Shown in pieces: positions 1 to 12,803 of a DNA stretch of 64,000 nt. This stretch comes from Phoronis australis (lineage: Eukaryota; Animalia; Phoronida). Positions within the stretch are counted from its first letter, which is position 1. The number at the start of each line of letters is the position of its first letter. The notes under the pieces are model-generated. The model worked only from the letters and a program-made list of their open reading frames with translations, did no database searches and was not told the DNA's origin. The position numbers were made by a program, and so were the translations under genes. Location of the stretch: assembly GCA_002633005.1 (NCBI GenBank), contig NMRA01000881.1, positions 1 through 64,000 of the forward strand. The letters run 5' to 3'.

Positions 1-516
1 TGCCGTTTACACTAGGTTTACACTAGTGAAATTTATAGGTTCCTAACTAAAATGAGTAAAAAGGGAGTTTTAACTAGGTAGACATGACTCTGAAAGTGAC
101 AAAAATCGAAAAAAAATTTTGTAGTTCGTTTTTTTAAAAAATCGTATTTTTTAATTTTCAAAAAATCCAAGTTTACCTCAAAATGACCAGGGATTATCAT
201 CAACTGTTTCCTTACGCAATATTCTACATATACATACCAAATATATGTACAAAATCATTATGATCTTGATTTTGCGGCATTTTTTGCGTGTGAGTTGGGG
301 CAAGCACGCCACTTTTTGTCATTTGGTCACTTTCCGTCTAATAACTAAAAATCTGGTCCATGTATCAATAAATCCTGGCTTGCGTTTTCACTCCAGTCCT
401 AGAGGATTTCAAATTTGCAAATTTCGTAAAAATTGACCCACGTGTTGCGGAAAAATAGGCCCGAGAATCTCGTCACTATCCTGAAATCACGAGCCGAGAA
501 AAACGGCTTTGAAGTT
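1..516. repeat. End of an unclassified interspersed repeat, truncated by the window start
   Basis: Ends in GAGAAAAACGGCTTTGAAGTT, a motif I associate with termini of non-autonomous invertebrate repeats; the other end is not visible. Confidence 0.3.
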
Positions 517-704
517 AAGCGGTCATCAATTGCCACTTGAGATCAAATTTCGTTTAGAATGCGTGGTCATTATGTACCAATTTTTGTTGAAGTACTAGAA
601 ATGTAGCTGATATTTACTTCATGTTTAGAAAATGTGACATACCTGTTTTTTACAGCGTAAATTTAATTATTCTTTCGAACTTGTGAAGCACAACAGACGA
701 CCAA

Positions 705-1925
705 AACAAATATGGCTGTCACGTGGGCGGAGCTTAGCATTGATCTTTTGTCTGCTGTACTTGTGTGCCGACCACACATTAAAAACATGTGTCGATTGTT
801 TATACGATTCATCTGAACTCTCAGTGTAGTAAAAGACTATCTAACTATATTACACAGACCTATTTGTTAGTATTCCAATATTATCATCAACCAATATATG
901 TGTTATATCAAATCGCCGCGTTACTGTCTACATAACAATATTGGCGACGAGGATAAAGAACTACTTTCATGGTAATGGTTCAACATTTTTACGTGCCTGT
1001 ACCGAATGGACTTTGGGATAAGAAAATATCACTTTCTGCGCAAATAGCGTCGCTTGGGTGAGATTCTCAAGTTACCAAAGCTTCTTATATTGCTTTGCTC
1101 TAAAATCTTATATGATGAGTTTTAATTCAGGGATACGTTTGAATCTATGCACTAAAAAAATTAGTTATATTGAACACTGGGTCATTTCTCTAATTCTTTG
1201 GGTTACGACCAGTGGCAAGTTTGACAGCCTAGTTTCTCCACGGTGCGTTCCCTGTACAGAAGTACGGTTTATCTGCAAAGACTCTACTCTGACGGCATGT
1301 AGTTGTCCATATGTGTGTTGCGCGCGGCGTGTTTTCACAGCGTGTGCATGCACTCTCACCGAATCGTGCAACACCACCCACGTCGACGCTCAGCGTCTTC
1401 TCGCAAGACCACTCACCTTACCGTCTTCTCTTGTACACGCACAATTTCTGCACTAACTGCTCAAGCTGAGTGCAGTGATGGCTTCGGTAGGACTTGGTGT
1501 GCTCAACTTAATTTTTTTGCAGATAGACAATGAGTCTCAGGCTCGGAACAGGAGCTAGTTCACCATTTCACTACCAACTTTCACATTGTCAAAAATAGAA
1601 TTATTTTGTTCTTGGTCTTGCTACAACATCAATATCAGCTGGTACAGCACTCTCGATTGCCCGGTTACGCAATGATTGTTGGCAGGGTTAGATTAGAGCT
1701 AGTAAGTGTCCTTTTATAAGCTCCGCCCCAGTTGTCAGTCACTGAGCTGGTGAGCATTCAAGCCATATGACTTACTGAGGCTTGGTCAAATATAGCTAAA
1801 AAAACAACTTTGGATTTTCAGAATGATTTTATTTTTCTTCAGCATACTGTGCATCAAGAATTAAAGATTAGGATGGCATAAAATGTAATAAACAGTAAAA
1901 AAAATTTTTTTTGTATCCACCTACC
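705..1925. mobile_element. Possible non-autonomous Kolobok-like element (right end only)
   Basis: Internal inverted repeats GGGCGGAGCTTA (725-736)/TAAGCTCCGCCC (1717-1728) and ATATGGCT/AGCCATAT; ends GTATCCACCTACC followed by TTAA (1926-1929); no matching left TIR found. Confidence 0.3.
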
Positions 1926-2639
1926 TTAAAATAATTTCGATTGTGTTATTTATAGTTGTTTTACAATCAACGTGTATTTGTCTTTTGTTAAATTTTACGG
2001 TTTTTGAGAGACAGTGCGCAGAAACCAGGTGTGAAACAGTGCACATGAACAAAGACAGATGTATGAATGACTGGCAAGTAGATACATGTATTTCACTTTC
2101 CTTTTCCAAATCAAACAAGTGTTCGGTAAAGTTTTGATGGCTCGTATAACTTCCATGCAGTCGAAAGTGAAACTTCCAGGATGTTTATAGCTGAACGGTA
2201 CCATACCTTTTTACTCTGGTGTCATCCTTGTACGTGGTATAACGTGCTCGCATTATCAGATCCCGCACGTTAATGATATACTGGTCAGCCAAGGTCCAGT
2301 AGTTCGAAGAAAGGCCAAATCCCTAAAATATACACCTTCCAAACGATTCAAACGAAGTCAGCCCCCTGTACAGAATGAACTGATCTGAAATGAAAACTTC
2401 AAATGAGAAAGAGTGTAGGCAGAAAGTATGAAATCAAGGTATTCGTGGGTTCGAAAGTTTTCAAGTCCAACAAGAGCAAGCGGAGCATTGAAATGCGGTG
2501 TTCTTTTAAGGGTGTTTTTGGTATCATAAAAATGGCCATTAGATGGTGAACAATTTGTCAAACCCACCGAATTGAGAAGGAAATTCTAACATATAAGGAA
2601 AACATAAAAACAAATGAAACAAGGTGCACAGCTATAGTC

Positions 2640-3940
2640 CGATTGGTCTGAAACCGGTATTCTGTCGCCATCTCTATAGAAGTCTGCCAAATTTCGCCGT
2701 AGATGCAAAAATGCAAAATTTCCCCTCAAGGAGGCCAAAATAGTCAAAAACATCTGTAGGTCAACATAGTCTAGGGTCTTCGCATCAGGAACACAATTGT
2801 CAACTTTCACAATCTTGGCAGATATAGATGCAGACGTCCAAAAACCTTTGCAAAAAATTTTAATGGACAATGGGTGGCACAAGAAATTAAAAATCTGCCC
2901 TCAAATTATGTGATGTTGTCTTCTTAATAGCAACTTATTTGCCGAATTTCATGAAATTACATTTATGAACTCCGAAGATACAGAGGTAAACAAAAAAGTA
3001 TTTTGCCACCAGGTGGAACAGTAGTATTTGGATCAGTTCCGACATTTGTTGCTATTTGGCATCGGCTCCGTAGGAACACATCGTTCAAATGTCAAAGCTC
3101 CTTCGGCCTCAAACACAGTAGTCGGACCCGTCGTAGCCTGCAAATTCTAGTAATCATGCTTTAAGCGGCATGGCAGTAAGCAGTGAACGCCAGAAAATGG
3201 ATGCAGGTGGCGTACAAAACATCAGATCTGTCGAAATATTGGAATGGTTTGTCATCTCAGTAACAGAAATCTAACTGCCGAATTCATGAAAATACGTATT
3301 ACTGAAATCCGAAGATGGAGATGCAAACGTAAAAAAACATTCTTGGAGCCACAGTGATATCTAGACAAGTTCGACATTCGTTACCGTTTGTCTACTGCTC
3401 CATAAGAATACATTTTTCAAATTTCACTAAGCTCCTTCAAAGGGTTGAGGAGATTCGGCAGCAGACGAAAAAAAAAGAAAATCGCTACCAAGGGGCGACA
3501 GGTCGGGACCGTCTGAAAGTCGACGTCAGTCGTGGCCTTCTCATCAGCAACACCTCTATGAATTATTATAATGATCCTTTGAACGGTATGGCAGATAGAG
3601 GAGCAAGTCTAAAACGGATGCAAAAATAAAAAAATGTCCACAAAGTGGCACTATATTCATCGAATCTGTCCGAAAATGAAACAACATCATTACCCCTGTA
3701 TCAAAAACCTATTTGCCGAATTTCATAAAAATCCGTCAAGGAACTCCAAAGATACAGAGGCAAACGTAAAATGCTAAGATTGCCACCAGTCACCAGTCGT
3801 CACATGGGAATACCTCTTCAAAATTTCAATAACGGATTTAGGAGATACAGCCGCTGGTGCCGTACGCTGGAAGTCCGGAAGTCCAGGTGTTCGGACCCCC
3901 GGACGCCCAGACAGAGATGACGGCACCCTGCACCCACGTA
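2640..3940. mobile_element. Non-autonomous repeat family with internal subrepeats (Helentron/HINE-like, class uncertain)
   Basis: Recurring TGCCGAATTTCAT...GATACAGAGG..AACGTAAAA...GCCACCAG subunits; terminal-type motifs near 3120-3151 and 3478-3512; CGGA-type simple repeats at about 3870-3915; an inverted family member lies at 25090-25410. Confidence 0.45.
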
Positions 3941-6900
3941 TAAGTCACAGTTGGAGAACTGTAGCTGCAAGTGTCAGCCAAACTAAAATATTATCAATAA
4001 CGACAGTTACACAACTCTATCGTCCTTCATGTATCGAAGAAGACAGCATCTCTACGTCCACGCCCTCGTAGAAGCAATTTCTGGGATTTTTTTTTTACTT
4101 TTCCGACTCAGGTGTCTTTTTGTGTTGGTGGAACAGCGATATTGTTGGTTCGCTACCAGTGCTGGTGAGAGTCCTGCTTATTCAGGTCCTTTCTGGCCCT
4201 AGAAAAAGCGTCAACATTTCTCTTACTTTGAAGGTTTATATCTCAAAAAAACAGTTCAGATTCATGCAAGACTTCCAAAACTATGATTTAAACGCCGAGG
4301 TATTCCTCGGTCTGAATTATAGCTAGATCAAAAGCCCGTCAATACAAAGATCCACACAAGTCCAAAGTCTATCAGTTCGAAAGCTAAAAGTTCGAACTTC
4401 CATGGCATGCGCTTCTGAAAAGTGACCTCGAGCAGGAGGAGTGGAGTGTGGAGTTATGTGCATGTGCCTGATTGAAACTAAATCTTCGAAGTACTAGTAC
4501 CTCCCAAAAGGATACAAACAAAATTTGGCAATGATTACTGATCTGCAACATATATTAACATTTTAAAATTTTTGGTTTAGAGCAACTAAAACTTTGCTGC
4601 TCTGCTGTGGATGACATTGAATCACAAGTTTCTGGTATCATAGCTCTTCGTACTACTATCGAACTAATTAGCTTGATCATTCGGATTTACAAGCCTTTTT
4701 TAAAACATTTTCATTTGTCGCATTATTTGCCTTTGGACTTGTACACCTTCGAAGTATTGAGCTCTATCCTATTCATACTAATGCACAATGACTCTCAAGC
4801 AACGTTAGATTATCTTCTGAATTATAGTCTTCCGTTGATAAGTCTCTTCTTCGATCCTTCCTTTTCCATTCTCCTTCTATCCTTTTGGTTATCCGTGGGT
4901 AACAACGCATCATTGCTGTGTGAGTATGACGAGTAAATCGACAAAAACGTGCATTAATAAAATTTACAAGCAATTGAGAAATCTACCATTGTTTTCAATT
5001 TGACACTTGTATAGTAATTTAAAATTCTGTGTCCCTGCCAAGGCAGAAATCGATTATTTGAACCACTGCTCGGCTCCATCTGGCTGTGGCGTCTGCAGGG
5101 GAATTTAAATAACACCATTCAGGATGCATCTTGTGACCTTGAACGACGTTTGGACTTATCCATGCTGCCATTCTTTGTGTATTAGGGCTTGTGTTTGTGT
5201 GTTAGTGTAATCAAATTTTCCTTTACCGCCACGAAAATCGATCATTTTAAGTCGCAGGTTTATGGTCTCATAGACCTTTAGACTAGTTTTGAACTAACTA
5301 GCTTTTCCTTCGGTCGGGTTTGTGAACTTTGGGGCGCATAGGGCCCTTTTAAAAACTTTTTCTTTGTCGCATAATTTGCATTCTGACTTTTGACAGGTTG
5401 GAGTATCGAGCTCTATCTTTTTTACTAAGCCGATATGATTTGCAAGGTACGTAATATTACCATCTTGATTTTATTCTTTGGTTGTTGATTTTCGTCTCCC
5501 ATCCTTCTTGTTCCGTTTTGGTTAACCGTGGGTCGCGTTCATTCATGGGCAGGGCGAGTAAATAGAAAAACACGTGAATTAATAAAATTTACAAACAATC
5601 AAGAAATCAACTATTTTGTCAATTTGCCACTGGGATACAAATTAAAAAATCTGTTTCCCTGCCTCGGCAGTAATCTTCTCACTGGATCCACTGCTCAGCT
5701 CCATCCGGTTGTGGCATCTGCAAAAGCATTCAAAAACACCAATTATAATGTATTTTGTGACATTGAACGTCATTTGAATTTATTAATGCTGTCTTTCTTG
5801 GTATATTAGGGCTTGTGTTAGTGCAATTGTTAGTCGGGATTAGACAGAGCGTTAGCGTCGCCACGAATATATCAGAGAGACAAGTAACAAAAATCTAGAG
5901 CAAACGAATAGTAATAGATTTAATGGATGGAGACATCCATCCATTTGAAGTGTGTTTGCGTCATCACGATCCAAACAGTAAAACCCAAATATTATCTAAA
6001 GTTCAACTAAAATACAGCCAACACTTAAAATCTTTTACAATGACTTGGATACCACACAGTTGTCACAGGTGGAGAAATGTAACTGCAAGTGTCAGCCCGG
6101 TCAAAATCTTACTAATGACGAAAGTTACAAACCTCTATCATGCTTCACGCATCGGGTTAGTCAGCAACTCATGAGTTTCCGAGATGTTTTTACCTAACTG
6201 GTGTCGGTTGTTCAGCGACATCTTTAGTTCACTGCCAGTAATGGCGATGTGAAGGTCCTGCTTGTTCAGGAGCTGTATAGCCCTAGAAATAATGTCTACA
6301 ATTCTCTAACTTTGAACGTTTACATCTCAGAAATTACTGTTCAGATTCATGAGCAAATTTTAAATACTGTGATTTAAATAACGTTCACAAATCGAAAATA
6401 AAATCATCATATTTTAGAACATTAACAGTGTTTCCAAGATCTTTTCTCGAACAATTTTATTAAATTAAATTCGATCTTGTAATTGATAACACTGTTTTAC
6501 TATCAATGTGCCTTTACCTTTTGCCAAATAATTTCGTTTGTTCAGAGACTGTGCCCTGAAACCGAGTGTGAAACAGTATAGATGAATGACGACAGATGTC
6601 TGGATGACTGTCAAGTAGATTTTTTACGTCGCCTTTCCAAATCAAGCAAGGGTTTGGTAAAGTGTAGATGGCTTATATAACGCACATGCAGCGGAATCAT
6701 GTATCTTCCAGGATGTTTACCGCTGAGCGTCAACTTGCGTTTGGGCTCTGGTGTCAATCGTGTAAGTGGTGCTGCCGCATCTTTGGTACACTGTCACTGC
6801 TAGATACATCAGATACCGCATGTTAATGGCATACTAGTCAACCAAAGTCCAGTGGTTCGATGAAGTTAAGACCAGGTCCATAAAAACCTAAAATAAGTTT

Positions 6901-7458
6901 CAAGCGAAGTCAACCACTTGTAAGTGTTGAACATGTTATGTGCTCTGAATTGAAAACTACAACTGAGAAAGAGTGCGAACAGAAGGTATAAAATCACAGT
7001 ATTCTTCGGTACGAAGGTTTGCAAATAGAAAAATACCAAACTCCAAATGGAAACAGTAGTCGAAAAATCATCTCGAGAACTAAAACTTTGAACTTTCATG
7101 AATCAGATTTTGAACAGAGATTTCATGCAAATGATTCGGAGATTAATATGCACGTGCCTGTTAGAAACTACTTCTTGGAAGTACCATGCGGTCAAAGCCA
7201 CCTCCAAGAAGAGTAAAAAGTGATAACAAGGATCGGCTGTGCCTAACACGTTGAAAACTTCAGTTTAATGATTGTTGGAATTTCAAATTTATTTATTTTG
7301 AAGTGTAAATTGTATTAAACAAAGACATTTGATTAGGAAAACAAAGCGACGCCGCTGCAAAAGAGGAAAAACATCGAAAAACTGGATTTCTTGCAATCCT
7401 GGTTTTGCATAAGATAATATTCTATCGCAAAATAAATAAAATAGTGATTTTATTCATA

Positions 7459-8178
7459 CCGTATAGCCACGCAATTAGGCGCATATGCTAAATTTCTGGA
7501 CCGCGCCTAATTGCAGGATTTAGGTGTATGCGCCTATGTACGGGACATATGAGTACAGCTTGCATTGATTATGGTGCTTCGGATATAGGCACACCTTAAA
7601 TATTTTTAGGAAACACTCCTAGTTTACACATGCATTATAGTGCAAATTCTTTATCGTAACCAAAAGTAAATGTGCAAAATAATGACGATAAATGCATTTA
7701 ACAAGGTAACATTAATTTCTAATGACATACCACCGAAGAACCTGTACTGCTTGTTCGTGTGGGCAGGAAAATAAGTCCACGAATTGGACGTGAAATCCAA
7801 TGACATGGTAGTAGATTAGTCAGGTTGAACAATCACGATTCGATTGCAGTTAAAACGTTGTAGCACTTAGGTAATTTCTAGATGAGACAAAAAAGGTTTA
7901 ATTAGACGTATGTCATTAATCAGAATATAGCTTCTAATGAGTTTTAAGACTGTTTACTTTTACAGTTTAATTGTTCCTGTACTCACCCAGAGTCTCACTA
8001 ACGCCACACGCTGTGTGAAAGTGAGTGTATTTTTTAAAATCATTTAAGGTGCACCTGCGCCTAATTGCGGAACTTAAAGGCGTGCACCTGTATGCGGAAT
8101 ATTTGAGTAAACGATCTTGCAAAATACATTACAATGATCCGCATATAGGCGCGTGCGCCTAATTGCGGAGCTATGCGG
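7459..8178. mobile_element. Tc1/mariner-pogo-type MITE, about 720 bp
   Basis: TIRs CCGTATAGCCACGCAATTAGGCGCA / TGCGCCTAATTGCGGAGCTATGCGG; TA on the left, TG (decayed TA) on the right; repeated GCGCCTAATTGC subterminal motifs. Confidence 0.8.
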
Positions 8179-9488
8179 TGATAACTTGAACTAACAACTG
8201 AATACCATTCAACCACTCCCCATTTAGTCCACATAATAGCCATCAAACCAGACTCAGACATGTTTTCATTTTAGAAGAGCTAAACACGTCAAAATCAGAA
8301 ATTTTACTCTCATTGAAATCGATCAAATAAGTTCAGAATATCATCCAATGTCATTAAAATGTATCAATTAATCCGAAACGCCTCCCAAAAGACCTCATCA
8401 CTTCAATTGCATCGTAAGTGATTGTAATAATGCAAGCACTGTTTTTGCGATACCTTTACGATAACAAAAGAAATGCTCTGCTTTCTGCGAACGTGACCAC
8501 ACGCCTAAAGAGATGCACTAAAACCTTCAGCGAAAAATAAAATTATTGATCTACTGCAAAGTGGACACTCCATGATAACAACGTTTTTTCGAGATATACT
8601 CTACCAAAAATCTCGTAAGTGAACATGACCTCCCTGGTATAGAGATTCCCTAAAACCTGTAACCGGGGTATAAAACATTCAAGGAGCTTTGAGGTTACAC
8701 AGGCAAAAGTTAAACAATTGAAATTGCCACTAGGGAAGGTAAGAAATCACTGCATTCGTGGCTCCCAAGGTTTGCAAGTCCGACAAAAATGCATAAATCC
8801 GAAGATCCATATAAGACGATAGTTAAAAATTTGAATTTTCATGACGCGAGGCTCTGATCAGTGACCTCTGATCAGTGACTTTGAGCAAAATGTTCGAGGA
8901 TTGATGTACGCGCGCCTGTTTGAAATTTGTTCCTCGAAGAGCCAGTGTCTCTCAAAATGATTCAAACAAAGTCCGGCAATGAGCACTGAGCTTTAATTGT
9001 GTCGCATTTAGTTGAATTGTCAGAGTTTCGTTTACCGCCAATAACATTTTGCTGCTCCACTGTCGATGAATTTGAATTGTTAGATTGTGGTCTCATAGAC
9101 CCTCCGACTAGTTGCAAGTTAAATAGCTTTACTTTCTGTCGGATTTGTGAACCTTCGGCTTTTATAGGGCCATTTTGTGTCAGATTATGGGCCTCCGGAG
9201 TTGTGAACCTTCAGATTATCGAGTGACTTATACCAAGGTATTATGACGCGCAAGTAACGTTAGATTACCTTCTTAATTTTAGTCTTCGGTTGCTTATTCA
9301 TCTTCCATCCTTCTTCCGTTTCGGTTGTCCCTGGGTCACAGCGTATCGTTCGGGTATACGTGTGGCGTGTCAAAAGACAAAAACGTGCATTAATAAATGT
9401 TACAAGTAATAAAAGATTGTTTTCAATTTGCTATTAGAATACTAGTTGAAAAATCTTTGTCCCTACTTCGGCAGTAACATATCACGGG

Positions 9489-9581
9489 AACTACTGCTGA
9501 GGGCCCCCATGGAAAGCGGTGTAAACTGATGGGATTACCCTCATTGTAAATATTGCATTAAACAAATAAAATAAAAAATAA
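9489..9581 (+). mobile_element. 5'-truncated LINE 3' end (L2/Crack/CR1-type stem-loop plus A-rich tail)
   Basis: Absent from the paralogous copies (ACTGCT.GCTCCATC is contiguous at about 5065 and 5690); hairpin GAGGG-CCCAT..CGGT-GTAA-ACTG-ATGGG..CCCTC, then AAATAAAATAAAAAATA. Confidence 0.7.
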
Positions 9582-11175
9582 GCTCCATCCGGTTGTTGCA
9601 TCTGCAGAGGAATTCGGTTAACACTTTTCAGCATGCATTTTGCGACCTTGAACGTCATTTGGGTTTACTCATGCAGTCATTCTTAGTATGTTAGTGCAAT
9701 TGTTAGTCGGGGTCAGAGAGAGCGACGCGAACGTGTCAGCAAGACAAGTAACAGACGCCTAGTACAAGCCAATGATGATACATTTGATGGATAGATGGTT
9801 AGATCTATCGTTTGAAATACATGTGCGTCATCACGACGCAGAGTACAACTAAAATACAGTCCACATTTAAATATATTACAACGACCTGGACACCACAATG
9901 TTGTCACAGATGGAGCACTGTAACAGCAAGTATCAGCCAGACAAAAATGTGATCAATGACTGAAGATACGTACCTGTATCGTCCTGCGTGTATCAGGTAA
10001 GACGCCATCTCATAATGCACGCCCTCACGGAATTAGCGGCAATCTGACACAGCAGGCTGTCCCACTCAAAATGAAACATTTCATTTAGTCATCCCATTAC
10101 ACCTCGGGAGGGGTTATCGGATTTTCCAATAAGCTGTTAGCACTTACAAACCGTTTTATTAGTAATTATTTAAAGTTTTACTGAAATTGCTATGAAGTTA
10201 CAACTGCTGAAAAAGAAATTTACAAATTCAACCAAGGCATTCAATTGAAGTGCAGTTGCAGGATACCCACGTCGTTACACCATCCACATCAATAAACCCG
10301 TCTTTTGGAAATACTGAATACCGAAAGAGTGCTATCAATGGGAAGCGTGACACGTGTGATCCTGCAGTGAAGAGATCAGAGAGATCTTCTTGGGAATGAA
10401 TGGAGTGCTTTCAAAACTAAACTGCATGGGGGCTACGACGAAGTCAGATACGGGTCGTGTGTCAGTCTTGATTCGTGGACAGAGATTTGCCTTAAGGTCA
10501 TGGTCCCTCAAACAACTGACGGATGGGTTGGTGTTTTTATTTCCTGTCCGTCAACTTTCAACATCATTTCTTTCGATTTAGTACAACTCTATTGTTTTCC
10601 GCTATTATGCTGTGCCCTCCCGTTCACGCCGGGATTAACGCGAACCCTGTCAGCGGTATCATGAAAATATCCATAGGCGAAAGAGATACGTAAAGTTTTG
10701 CTATAAATGTGTCTAAATAGTAGAGCAAACTCGAACAACAGCATGTGCGAGTTTTCTATTTCACCTGCTAAAATGGGCCCTAAAAGCAAAACTGGCATTA
10801 ACAAACGCACGTGTACAAGCTGGGAAGCTCAGTGAGAAGCAAATTGTTGAAGGTACTGTATTTGTGTCTTCACACAAGCCATATGTTTGTCACATCACGT
10901 GAAGACTTGTGTCACATACGCAACTTATTACCGTGACGCAATTGACTTTGTTTTTCTGTGTAATTTGCAAAAAGCAACTGTCGAGAAGTAAAATTTGAGC
11001 ATTTGTTGCAAAACTGCATTTTTCCAATGTTACAGTCAGCGTGCAGGGGATAGATCGATTTTCAAATGACAACCACTCATTACACAACACGTGTCTTACC
11101 GAGACTCCTCAGTCACTTGTCTTTGAAAATTTATTATTAGCTACTAACTGGTTAATAAAACAAAATATATGGTAA

Positions 11176-11654
11176 GGCCCTGTCATACTTATTTCGACGC
11201 GTCGATGTTTTGGGGAGTTGCGGTCAGGATGAACTGTTAACTTTGGTCCTGGATCGACGAGCCAGTTAACTTCGCAGTAAACACATGAATTTAACAGTGG
11301 AACGTCGGACGCTGCGATGCAGTGTGAACAGTGTACTTCGGTCCCATCGAAGTTATCGCCAGTTGCCACTGTTATCGTCAACAATTAAAGGGCAGGGGCG
11401 TCGCTAATAGTTGCTTATATTTTGCTCGAATAATCACCAATCAAATCAAAATTTTATTCCAATTAGGACATGGAAATAATCGCAAATTGCCACATTAAAA
11501 AAAATCTTGCGATTACGTCTATGACAACAGCGTCACTTACCGTTTACTTCGATGTCCGTGACTACCGAAGCCGGTGTGAACGGTTTGCTTAACTTGGCGG
11601 TTTACCTATCCGGACGCTCCCCTCAGACCGGAGTTAAGTCAGTATGAAAGGGCC
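11176..11654. mobile_element. Harbinger/PIF-like MITE
   Basis: TIRs GGCCCTGTCATACT / AGTATGAAAGGGCC (13/14 match); flanks TAA and TCA. Confidence 0.65.
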
Positions 11655-12803
11655 TCAAGAGTCGTGATGTTGTATTTTAAGGATACTTGTACCAAAGTTT
11701 TCAAAATAGACAGACTTCGAGATAACTCTTCCTGGCTATTCTTTACTTGGATAAACTTCTTGTTGGAATTATTTGGCAGTTTAGTCGAATCTTTGTCGGA
11801 CTTGAATGTGACATTACACCTAGTCGCTAATTGTATGTGAATGGACTTACGTGGATGTTGCGATTTTGACTACCTAAATGGAGCAACATGTGTTGAGGTT
11901 TTGCTGAGATTTAGCAAGAATTGAAATGGATTGTAGTGAAAAAGAAGTGAATATTAGTTGCAGTTTTGTTCGCCGAAACCTAAAATCTGACGTTGTCTAG
12001 TTTATTTTGAAAACTGCTTTATGCTAGTTTTTGCCCTTTTACACGGTATGTACTATTGTAATTTGTTGGTGTGCTTGAGAAAATAAAAATATACCTATCC
12101 ATGCAGATGTTGTGGTTATAGCAACATCACAAACTTATTAATCAATATTTTAAAAAGCTATCCACCATTTTCGTCCTAATGTCTATAAGGTCCACCTGCA
12201 CAATTACATGTATGAAAAGCATGTCTTGTTTTATGTGACAAGCTTTCCCAAAAAAATGCGCTCAAAACTCGAGAACTACGCTGTTTTGAATGAAACTGGA
12301 GTCACATCAACACTAAAACATTTTTAAAAAGTCATGAAAACGTCAAAACCAAATATTGCTTTGAGTGTTGCTTAATCTTGGATCTATGAAAAAAATGATC
12401 GCTGATGTGTTCAGAGTAGTCTCGACAACAGAAAGGACTGCGTGTACAATGCATTGCAATTTGCCAGAGAATGCATGTCTCACAATTTTTTTCTAAAATG
12501 AAAAGACAACTATTCCAAGTTGAAGGATACCACGCCATTCTTAGGCAGAGAATGCTTCCTTCCAAGCTAAGGTTTTTGTAAAGCGAAAATAGAACTATTC
12601 AAAGTTTAAGCATGAGCATGGTCTGTTTAAACTTGGATTTGGATAGAAAACAATTGCGAGTGCATTCAGGAGAGTTTCAAAAGCAACAAAATTGCATTTA
12701 CAATGTATTGTAACCAATCATAGAATGCTTGCTTCCCAACACAAGGTTTTGTAAAGCGAAAACATGATTATTCCGAGTTTAAGCAAAGGCGTGCACTGCT
12801 TAA

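Larger units (their letters stand above)
1930..10030 (+). repeat. Old degenerate tandem array of duplicated blocks, interrupted by younger insertions
   Basis: Blocks align by eye: 1930-2460 with 6465-7020; 3944-4300 with 6061-6380 and 9902-10030; 4345-4545 with 7070-7215 and 8790-8990; 4570-5210 with 5215-5830 and 9020-9710; 5830-6060 with 9700-9900. Confidence 0.85.

Noticed and set aside
1058-1533. Overlapping Cys-rich ORFs
   Set aside because: They lie inside a probable non-autonomous element, with no recognisable domain or splice support
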